Positions 51,699 to 61,432 of a stretch of 64,000 bases of DNA are shown one piece after another. Within the stretch, counting starts at the first letter, position 1, and each line of letters begins with the position of its first letter. The translations under genes were made by a program, and so were the position numbers. The DNA is from Candidatus Oxydemutatoraceae bacterium. GTDB taxonomy: Bacteria > Pseudomonadota > Gammaproteobacteria > Poriferisulfidales > Oxydemutatoraceae. The DNA lies in the NCBI GenBank assembly GCA_965220085.1, contig CBDCOZ010000003.1, forward strand, positions 1,632,001 to 1,696,000. The letters run 5' to 3'. A model generated the notes under the pieces. The model made no database searches. It was not told where the DNA came from and saw only the letters and a program-made list of their open reading frames with translations.

Positions 51699-52302
51699 GT
51701 GGTCTCGACGCCACCTCTAAGTATCACGAAGATGAAGCTGTCATAACCGTTGACGTCAGAGATGGCAGCGGTCGGGGGCCTGTATTCGATATCACCGGTT
51801 CCGCCAGAACCAGAGAAATCGCCCCAGAAATATGTATCCAAAAAGCCATCATCAACACCTGAAACGGCCAAGTTTTCGTTAAGAGAGACATCAAACACCC
51901 TGCCATGAGTGGGTTGGGTGTAGAGAAACAAACTTCTGCCGGATCCAAAACCGCCGAAATCCGTACGCTTGAATACATATGCGCCGCCAATCGGGACATT
52001 AACACTGCTGGCTTGAGCCTGAGCGTTGGCCTGGGTTGCGCCCAATGCCAGGCACAGGGCCAGCAGGCAACGCATGAGCGGACCCGACCACAGTCCGGCG
52101 GGCAGGCGGACCGCAACAGACCGCAGCCACAACAACAGACCGCGCACAGCCGGGCGGCGCGACCGCTTTGCGGATGGCGGGTTGCGATGTGCGGGTGATA
52201 AAAAGCGGGTGAGAAGGCGATACGGCGATACGCCGGCAATCCCCTTACTTACAAGGCTGCGGGGGGGGGGGGGGGTATCAGTATTAAAATTTGTTGTTTC
52301 AT
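51281..52302 (-). CDS. LEGPLR-family secreted protein (long leader, N-domain gamma, C-module X); frameshifted by poly-C15
   Basis: AGGAG RBS and ATG at 52302 give MKQQILILI-P5-AAL-stop; 3n+1 C restores the frame. The longer ORF start at 52381 has no evident RBS. Confidence 0.8.
52261..52275 (-). repeat. Homopolymer G15 / C15
   Basis: Counted directly. Confidence 0.9.
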
Positions 52303-52567
52303 ATCTATCTCTCCTATGACAGTCTGTATATCGTGAATGCAGTCGTGCGATGAGTTCTGCGCACTCTGCCACAAAATGCAAGTCATCTATCAGTTTCTGT
52401 ATCTCCTGCTTCTAGCAAATTTAATTATACGTTATATGTCCACAAACTGTTTGCAGACTGTTTAATATTGCACTATACCACAAGTTCGGTCATTTGCAAA
52501 TTGGATTGAAATCTAGGTTTTATCTAGGTTTGTGTCGCACTATACCACAAAGTGCGAATCATGCAAG
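52277..52567 (-). promoter_or_regulatory. Promoter/leader cassette, copy A
   Basis: Near-identical to copies B and C; TTGTGGTATAGTGC at 52470-52483 and 52537-52550. Confidence 0.75.
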
Positions 52568-52642
52568 TGCCTTTGTATCCTGCCTCTCTCCCCTTGTGTG
52601 CGCCCCCAGAATACTCGCCTGCTCCGCCGCCGGGTATTCGCA

Positions 52643-52740
52643 TTATCGCAGGGGACCTTCAAGGAAGAGGCGCAGGCGCAAGCGTATATCAGGCGGCAAC
52701 TCTGCCACCAGACTGCCTGTGCTACACAGCGGCCTTTCGG
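52643..52740 (-). pseudogene. 3' relic of a LEGPLR-family gene
   Basis: Only ~32 codons (PERPLCSTGSLVAELPPDIRLRLRLFLEGPLR-stop) match the family; the upstream part has no signal peptide or family similarity. Confidence 0.75.
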
Positions 52741-52938
52741 GGCGGGCACCTCCGGCGGGGATAGCGCGGAAATAGGCGGTATTGCTACCTCCGCCGCTTT
52801 TGCCGTGTGAAAATAGCGATTCGGCATCGCCGTTTTGCGACACCTTCCGTTGGCCGGGTAGCGTCGGGTATGTCGGTCCCGACTCTGAGTACGGGTATAT
52901 AATGGCGATAACATTTTCCACTACGGGACATCTCAATC

Positions 52939-53421
52939 ATGGATTACAAAACTGCGGATTTATGCGACCGGCGCTCCGACACCCTCTCCGTTGCCAGCCC
53001 CGGCCGGATGAGAGACTTTGGCGGCAAAAATATTTTTAGCGGTGTTATTGAAACAGTCAAGTGTTTTGAAGATAACTCTTTTGTGCGCCGCGCGCTTGAA
53101 ACCGACGGTACCGGCAAGGCGCTGGTCGTCGATGGCGACGGTTCTATGCGTTGCGCTTTGCTCGGAGACATCCTCGCCGCGCTGGCGGTTAAGAATCATT
53201 GGCGCGGCATTGTCGTCAATGGTTGTATTCGGGATTCGCAACTGATAGGGGAGTTGCCGCTTGGCGTCAAAGCCCTTGCCACAAACCCGCTTAAAAGCGT
53301 CAAAAACAATGTCGGCGAACACAATGTCGCGGTGGAATTCTGCGATGTGCGCTTTGTGCCCGGTCACTGGCTGTTTGCCGATGCCGACGGCATCGTTCTA
53401 TCGCCGGACAAACCGGAATAA
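52939..53421 (+). CDS. rraA: RraA-like protein / HMG aldolase family
   Basis: TADLCD, FGG...FSG.IETVKCFEDNS, LVVDGDGS.RCALLGD, GCIRD, ADADGI. Confidence 0.92.
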   Translation: MDYKTADLCDRRSDTLSVASPGRMRDFGGKNIFSGVIETVKCFEDNSFVRRALETDGTGKALVVDGDGSMRCALLGDILAALAVKNHWRGIVVNGCIRDSQLIGELPLGVKALATNPLKSVKNNVGEHNVAVEFCDVRFVPGHWLFADADGIVLSPDKPE

Positions 53422-53476
53422 ACTCGGACAACCGCTCCCGACCTTCGCCGCCGCCCGATTTGCCGGGCTTGATGCC

Positions 53477-54817
53477 CTAGAGGTCAAAATCGTCGCGGTC
53501 GCTCGGGTCGTCGCAATCGCGCTTGGGAAACTCGGGGTGTTCCGCCGCATATTTGTCGGCCTTTTCATTCGCGACCCGACGCGCAAAGCCGCTGCTGTCA
53601 TCTATCCAGTCGCTCGTCAGGTTCCATTTGCGCTGTTGCGCATCCCATTGTTGGAAACGCGCCAAGTGAACGGCGGCGTGATCCCGACATGTGACTTTGA
53701 TCGGAGGAACCACATCGGCCATCCCCATCCGCTTAAGATCGTCCCGGGTCAACTCAATGTTTTCAAAGCCCCAGCGCATATGCCCGCTGTGAAGATTCCT
53801 GCCAAAACGCTTCTGCGCGACACGAATCGCTTCGGTCGACATCACGGCGGCCCACACACCGAGGTTCCAGTACACACTGCCGATGCGGTTCCGGTCTTCC
53901 AGGCTGCCCTTCCCTTCGTTATAAAGTCGGGCGATGATCTCTTCGGCAATCGGGTAATCCTTGCCCGCGCGCGCTACGGTTACCGCCTGATAGCCGTCGG
54001 CCGCTTGGCCGGCGGGGATGACATCCTCGTCGGAGTTGCTCCACTCGCTGCCGATGATTCTGGATACGCTGTAGCCGTTGCGAACTGCGGTTTGCAGCGC
54101 CACCGGGTTCATAACGCCCCAGCCGCGCAAAAAGATATACGCGGGTTTGAGTTTGCGAATTGTCAGCCACTGCGCGCTTTGTTCGTTCCCCGGATGGGGC
54201 GCTTCGATCGCTTCGTGCTTGAAGCCGTACCTCTCGCCGAGCCTGTCCAGGAACGCATTGGCTTCGCGGCCGTAGGGGGAACCGTGGTGCAACGTGACGA
54301 TGGTCTCGCCTTTGAGCTTATACATGCCCCCCATCTGCGCCCCCATCCGCTTGATGGCCGCGTAAGCAAAGTCGTACGCGTTCGTGCCCAACGGAAACTG
54401 ATACGGAAAGACATCGCCGCGCTCGGTCTCGGTCAAGCCGTGGTTGACACTGATAATCGGCACTTTGTCACGCCGCGCTTGTTCGATGAGCCCTGCGGAA
54501 ATGCCGACACTCAGAGGATCAAAGTAAAGCGCATTGCCTTGGCGACTTTTCTTTTGGCGGTGATAACATGCGATGCCTTTGGCGCGGTTGTACTCGGTTT
54601 CGCATTCGTCCCAAACGAGTTTGACTCCGCCGATACCGCCATCGCGGTCATTCAAAAGCGTGAAGTAATCTATGACGCCGCCGAAATATCCGGCGCCGCC
54701 GGCTGCGTAAGGGCCGGTGCGATACACCGGCATCGGAATATAGTACGGCTCCGCAGCGGGCGCCGCCGAGGCAAGAAACATCGCGGCTATGCCGACCGTG
54801 GCTATCAACTTCCTCAT
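53477..54817 (-). CDS. ABC transporter substrate-binding protein (branched-chain amino acid/Leu-binding type)
   Basis: Signal peptide MRKLIATVG...APA; YRTGPYA, N.RDGGIGGVK, ECETEY, SPYGRE, GWGVMN motifs. Confidence 0.85.
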   Translation of the reverse strand: MRKLIATVGIAAMFLASAAPAAEPYYIPMPVYRTGPYAAGGAGYFGGVIDYFTLLNDRDGGIGGVKLVWDECETEYNRAKGIACYHRQKKSRQGNALYFDPLSVGISAGLIEQARRDKVPIISVNHGLTETERGDVFPYQFPLGTNAYDFAYAAIKRMGAQMGGMYKLKGETIVTLHHGSPYGREANAFLDRLGERYGFKHEAIEAPHPGNEQSAQWLTIRKLKPAYIFLRGWGVMNPVALQTAVRNGYSVSRIIGSEWSNSDEDVIPAGQAADGYQAVTVARAGKDYPIAEEIIARLYNEGKGSLEDRNRIGSVYWNLGVWAAVMSTEAIRVAQKRFGRNLHSGHMRWGFENIELTRDDLKRMGMADVVPPIKVTCRDHAAVHLARFQQWDAQQRKWNLTSDWIDDSSGFARRVANEKADKYAAEHPEFPKRDCDDPSDRDDFDL

Positions 54818-54960
54818 AAAATACCCCCTATCATAAAATACCCCCTGCATCGCAAATATTGACAACTGACATACTCATCATGAAGTATGATAAGACAAAC
54901 GACAAGATTATAAAACACGGCTTGGGCACTTTGGATACAAACTATACATCGCCACAGCAA

Positions 54961-56364
54961 ATGTCCCGCATTGCGCCGGTTCTCCCGCTCCTGTGCGCCC
55001 TGCTCGGCGCCGCCGGCTGTGACGGGCAACTGGAGCAGGATGAGCCGCAGCCGTCGGTCATTCGAGCGGCGGTGCGCATCAACCCCGCAAGTTACTACTG
55101 GAACAACGGTCGGGCAACGGGACTGGATCACAGCTTGCTGCGGGCCTTTGCGGAAAGATACGACAAGGAGCTCGTCGTCATACCCGTTGCGACCGTGCGC
55201 GATGCGCTGGACTTGCTTGCGGCGGGCGATGCGCACATTGCCGCCGGGTCGCTGACCGGCGCAGACGAATTGAGCGAGGAGTTTGTCGCTTCTTCGCCGT
55301 ATTACGGCCTTCGTCAGCAGGTGCTTTACCACTACTCTCCGAACGCATTGCCGCCGGACACATCCGCTCTGCCTTTGGGGAGATTTGAAATCAGCTCTCA
55401 CCCGGCGCATATGCAAACGCTCAATCAAATCAAGCGGAAAAGCAATAGCTCCGAGACTTGGGCCGTCAACTCCGAGCTTGATTCGCACCGTCTGATCGCG
55501 CTTCTCAATGCCGGTTTGATTCGCTACACCATTGCGGACTCCAACGAATTGGCGATGTCGCGCCCGTCCTATCCGTATGTCAAGGTCGCGGCCACTCTGG
55601 AAGACGAGAAGCCGGTCGTGTGGTTGCTGAAAAAGTCGGCGGATACCGCTCTTGTCGGCGCGGTGAACACTTTCTTCGCCGCCATACAATCCGATCGCAG
55701 TTTGGAGCGGATGATAGATACGCAGTATCATCCGGGAGCGGCTTTGAGTTACCCCGACAAGGTCACCCTGATTGAGCGCCGGGACAAATACCTGCCGCAG
55801 TACGAGCAATATTTTAAAGACGCCGCAAAGCCGTACGGGCTTGATTGGAAATTCATCGCCGCCATCTCTTATCAGGAATCGCGCTGGAATAAGCGCGCGA
55901 CCTCGCCGACCGGCGTCAAGGGCTTGATGATGCTGACTCTGGACACCGCTCAAAAATACGGCTTGAAAGACCGACTTGACCCGCGCTCCAGTATCTTCGC
56001 CGGCGTGAAATACTTCCATGAGATAAAAGAGCGCGTACGGCCGGATACGCCCGAACCCGATCGCACTTGGATGGCGCTTGCGGCCTATAACTTGGGGCGC
56101 GGCCATTTGCAGGACGCGCTCGTGCTGACCAAAAAGAATGGCGGCGATGCCTCGGTCTGGACGGATGTCGCAAAATCGCTTGATTTGTTGCAACAAAAGA
56201 AGTGGTATGACAAGGCGAGGCATGGCAAACCGATAGGCGGCGATGGCACCGCATATGTGCGCAATGTCCGGCTGTACCATAATCTCCTTGCCCGTCTGGA
56301 GGGGGATATTTCTACCGACATCCCCGAAGATACGGATTTGGGCGACTACACCCCGCCGCGTTAA
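54961..56364 (+). CDS. mltF: Membrane-bound lytic murein transglycosylase MltF
   Basis: SBP-like N-domain plus SLT domain (ISYQESRWN..ATSPTGVKGLMMLT, ALAAYNLG.GH); lipobox-like GAAGC; adjacent to tadA. Confidence 0.9.
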   Translation: MSRIAPVLPLLCALLGAAGCDGQLEQDEPQPSVIRAAVRINPASYYWNNGRATGLDHSLLRAFAERYDKELVVIPVATVRDALDLLAAGDAHIAAGSLTGADELSEEFVASSPYYGLRQQVLYHYSPNALPPDTSALPLGRFEISSHPAHMQTLNQIKRKSNSSETWAVNSELDSHRLIALLNAGLIRYTIADSNELAMSRPSYPYVKVAATLEDEKPVVWLLKKSADTALVGAVNTFFAAIQSDRSLERMIDTQYHPGAALSYPDKVTLIERRDKYLPQYEQYFKDAAKPYGLDWKFIAAISYQESRWNKRATSPTGVKGLMMLTLDTAQKYGLKDRLDPRSSIFAGVKYFHEIKERVRPDTPEPDRTWMALAAYNLGRGHLQDALVLTKKNGGDASVWTDVAKSLDLLQQKKWYDKARHGKPIGGDGTAYVRNVRLYHNLLARLEGDISTDIPEDTDLGDYTPPR

Positions 56365-56370
56365 AAGGCG

Positions 56371-56440
56371 CTTCAAAGGCCCTTCAAAGCCGCTTCAAGG
56401 CCCCTTCAAAGCCAGGCCCCTTCAAAGCCACTTCAAAGCA
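56371..56440 (+). repeat. Six imperfect CTTCAA(A)G micro-repeats between the convergent mltF and tadA genes
   Basis: cttcaaaggc ccttcaaagc cgcttcaagg ccccttcaaa gccaggcccc ttcaaagcca cttcaaagc. Confidence 0.85.
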
Positions 56441-56441
56441 C

Positions 56442-58461
<2,020 letters not shown>

Positions 58462-58478
58462 GTCTGACCGCGATGTCG

Positions 58479-59927
58479 CTATTCGACATGATAGTTCGGC
58501 GCTTCTTTGGTAATCGCAACATCGTGCACATGACTCTCGCGCATGCCGGCCTGAGTAATGCGTATGAATCGGCTATTCTGATGAAACTCTTGTATGTCGC
58601 GACAGCCCAGATAGGCCATGCTCGCCCGCACGCCGCCGATCAATTGATACGCAACTTCGGCAAAATCTCCTCTGAACGGCACCCTGCCCTCAATGCCTTC
58701 CGGTACCATTTTTGCGTTCGGGTCCTGAGAATAACGCTCGCCGGAACCGCTTTTCATGGCGACGGTAGAACCCATTCCGCGATAAGCCTTATAAGAGCGC
58801 CCTTGATACAACTCAATCTCGCCGGGCGCTTCCGCAGTGCCCGCAAACAAGCTGCCGATCATGACCGTATCCGCGCCCGCGGCGAGCGCTTTGGCAATGT
58901 CCCCCGAAAAACGTATGCCGCCGTCCGCAATCACTCTGGCCTTGCCTTTGACAGCCCGCGCCGCTTCGTATATTGCGGTGAATTGCGGCACACCGACACC
59001 CGCCACAATGCGGGTGGTGCAGATGGACCCGGGCCCGATGCCGACCTTGACCGCATCGGCGCCGTGTTTGACCAAACTCTCCGCCGCATCGCCTGTCGCC
59101 ACATTGCCCGCAATGAGGGGCAGGTCGGGATATTCCTTTCTGAGAATGGCAACCGTGTCCATGACGCGAGCGGTGAAGCCGTGCGCGGTATCCACTACAA
59201 TCGCGTCCGCGCCCGCTTCCGTTAATTGCGCCGCGCGCTCGATATTCTCGGTTCCGACCCCTACCGCCGCGCCGACGCGCAATTGACCGCAGCCATCTTT
59301 GCAGGCGTTGGGATACTGAATTGATTTTTGGAAATCCTTGACGGTAATCATCCCTTTGAGTTCAAAATCATCGTTGACCACCAGCACTTTTTCTATGCGA
59401 TGCCTGTGCAGCAAGCCGCGAACTTCCTGTTTGTCCGCTCCCTCCTTGACCGTGACCAATTTCTCTTTTGGCGTCATAACGGATGACACCATCGCATCCA
59501 TTCTTGTTTCAAAACGCAAATCGCGACGCGTAACCAGACCGACCAAATCTTTGCCCGCTACGACCGGAACGCCGGAGATGTTGTGGCGGCGAATTAAATC
59601 TACGACCTCGCGAATCAAAGCGTCGGGGCCGACCGTGATGGGATCTTTAATCACGCCGCTTTCAAACTTTTTGACCTGCCTGATTTCGGCGGCTTGTTGT
59701 TCGGCGGACATGTTTTTGTGGATAAACCCAAGCCCGCCTTCCTGCGCAATGGCGATAGCCAAGGCGGCTTCGCTGACGGTGTCCATCGCCGCCGATACCA
59801 GAGGAATATTCAGGGTGATGTCGCGAGCGAGAGCAGATTGCAACACAACATCAGCGGGCAATACCGCCGAGCGGGCGGGCACTAACAGCACATCATCAAA
59901 TGTGAGCCCTTCCCGCAAGCTATCCAT
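58479..59927 (-). CDS. guaB: IMP dehydrogenase
   Basis: [20 protein letters not shown] pair, [24 protein letters not shown]. Confidence 0.98.
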   Translation of the reverse strand: MDSLREGLTFDDVLLVPARSAVLPADVVLQSALARDITLNIPLVSAAMDTVSEAALAIAIAQEGGLGFIHKNMSAEQQAAEIRQVKKFESGVIKDPITVGPDALIREVVDLIRRHNISGVPVVAGKDLVGLVTRRDLRFETRMDAMVSSVMTPKEKLVTVKEGADKQEVRGLLHRHRIEKVLVVNDDFELKGMITVKDFQKSIQYPNACKDGCGQLRVGAAVGVGTENIERAAQLTEAGADAIVVDTAHGFTARVMDTVAILRKEYPDLPLIAGNVATGDAAESLVKHGADAVKVGIGPGSICTTRIVAGVGVPQFTAIYEAARAVKGKARVIADGGIRFSGDIAKALAAGADTVMIGSLFAGTAEAPGEIELYQGRSYKAYRGMGSTVAMKSGSGERYSQDPNAKMVPEGIEGRVPFRGDFAEVAYQLIGGVRASMAYLGCRDIQEFHQNSRFIRITQAGMRESHVHDVAITKEAPNYHVE

Positions 59928-60010
59928 CAGTGTTCTCGCATTATCCATTAGGGTATAGAATGGGGCTAATTTTATCACACCGCATAATGTAATGCCACAA
60001 ATAAACGACC

Positions 60011-61360
60011 ATGAACCTCGCTCCTGACAAAGACGCAATCTATACGGTTACACAGGTCACGACTGAGATCAGGCACGAACTGACAAAGCGGTTCTCCGCG
60101 GTCTGGGTCCAGGGCGAGATATCCGACCTCTTTGTCGCCGCTTCGGGGCATGTGTATCTGTCTCTCAAGGACGAAAATTCGCAAATTCGCTGTGCGATGT
60201 TCCGCAAGCAGAATCAAAGGCTCGCTTTTGATCCGGAGAGCGGCATCAAAGTGACGGTTTGCGCCAAGGCGGATATATATCAGCCGCGCGGCGACCTGCA
60301 ACTGATCATCGAACACATGGAGCCCGCCGGGTTCGGAGAATTGCAACTCAAGTTTGAGCAACTGAAGAAGCGGCTCGGTGCGGAGGGCTTGTTTGATGAG
60401 GCGCGCAAAAAGACGATACCCGCATGGCCGAGCGCGATCGGTATTATCACTTCGCCCAAGGGAGCCGCTCTGCACGACACGCTGTCGACGCTTAAAAACC
60501 GTTTTGGAGCCATCGACATCATTATTTATCCGACTCTGGTACAAGGCAGGGAGGCGCCCGCCGAAATTTGCAAAATGCTGAAAACCGCAAATGAGAGACG
60601 CGAAGTCGATACCCTTTTGCTGGTCAGAGGCGGCGGGTCGCTTGAGGACTTGCAAGCATTCAATGAGGAGGCGGTTGCCAGACAAATAGCGGCGACAGAT
60701 ATACCTGTCGTCAGCGGTATCGGGCATGAAATCGATTTTACGATCGCCGACTTTGTCAGCGATGTTCGCGCGCCCACCCCGACGGCGGCGGCGGTGGCGG
60801 CCTGCCCCGACGCACAGACGCTGCGGGCGGACTTGGGGAAATGCGAAAGGCAACTGGCGCAACTGTTGCGTAACACAGTCAAACATATGACATCCGAACT
60901 TGATGTGGCCGAAACAAAGTTAATCCGCTTTCATCCGATCACACAAATTCGGGACCTTGCGCAAAAGATTGATTCGCTGCAAAAGCAGATGACGACGACG
61001 ATTCAAAACTCCTTGCATTTGGCAAAACAATCGCTCAAACACAATCGGCTGGTGTTGATGCACTACAACCCGAATGTGTCTATTGCCAATATTAAAAATG
61101 TATTGCAGGCGCGATCTCAGAGCATCACGGCGGCCATCGATCGGGTCATCGCGAATAACAAGCGCTCGCTCCGCGAAACCGAGACACAATTAACGACGCT
61201 GAGCCCTTATGCGACACTGGAAAGGGGTTATGCTTTTGTCCGCGATGATAAGGGGAAAATCGTCCGATCATCGCGTTCCCTCCGCAACGGTATGACGGTC
61301 GATGTCAGGCTGGCGCACGGAAGTTTTGATGCGGAGGTCAAAAATACGAAGCAAGATTAG
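60011..61360 (+). CDS. xseA: Exodeoxyribonuclease VII large subunit
   Basis: SGHVYLSLKD, RGGGSLEDL, GIGHEIDFT, APTPTAAA, LERGYA; divergent from guaB as usual. Confidence 0.97.
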   Translation: MNLAPDKDAIYTVTQVTTEIRHELTKRFSAVWVQGEISDLFVAASGHVYLSLKDENSQIRCAMFRKQNQRLAFDPESGIKVTVCAKADIYQPRGDLQLIIEHMEPAGFGELQLKFEQLKKRLGAEGLFDEARKKTIPAWPSAIGIITSPKGAALHDTLSTLKNRFGAIDIIIYPTLVQGREAPAEICKMLKTANERREVDTLLLVRGGGSLEDLQAFNEEAVARQIAATDIPVVSGIGHEIDFTIADFVSDVRAPTPTAAAVAACPDAQTLRADLGKCERQLAQLLRNTVKHMTSELDVAETKLIRFHPITQIRDLAQKIDSLQKQMTTTIQNSLHLAKQSLKHNRLVLMHYNPNVSIANIKNVLQARSQSITAAIDRVIANNKRSLRETETQLTTLSPYATLERGYAFVRDDKGKIVRSSRSLRNGMTVDVRLAHGSFDAEVKNTKQD

Positions 61361-61432
61361 TACTTTTCTTGCCAGACCCCTTGCATATTTAGCCGAAAAC
61401 TGATAAAAAGACACATTTTTACGGAAAATAGC

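Noticed and set aside
45127-52302. Diversity-generating retroelement target/template
   Set aside because: No reverse transcriptase or non-coding template repeat seen. Variation is N-terminal and includes indels. A trans-acting DGR elsewhere cannot be excluded from this window alone.
42966-52302. RTX/T1SS substrates or autotransporters
   Set aside because: The Ig-like domains resemble those in RTX adhesins, but there are no GGxGxD nonamers, N-terminal signal peptides are present, and there is no C-terminal beta-barrel or adjacent transporter.
42966-52740. Integron cassette array or shufflon
   Set aside because: No integrase or invertase in the window, no attC-like RYYYAAC...GTTRRRY sites recognised, the units carry their own promoters, and all genes are co-oriented. 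Terminal conservation is at peptide level.
22527-56376. Long antisense ORFs over core genes (e.g. 22527-24098, 30242-31747, 53261-54862, 54814-56376)
   Set aside because: These are shadow ORFs typical of GC-rich coding DNA, lie opposite well-identified genes and show no recognisable motifs.
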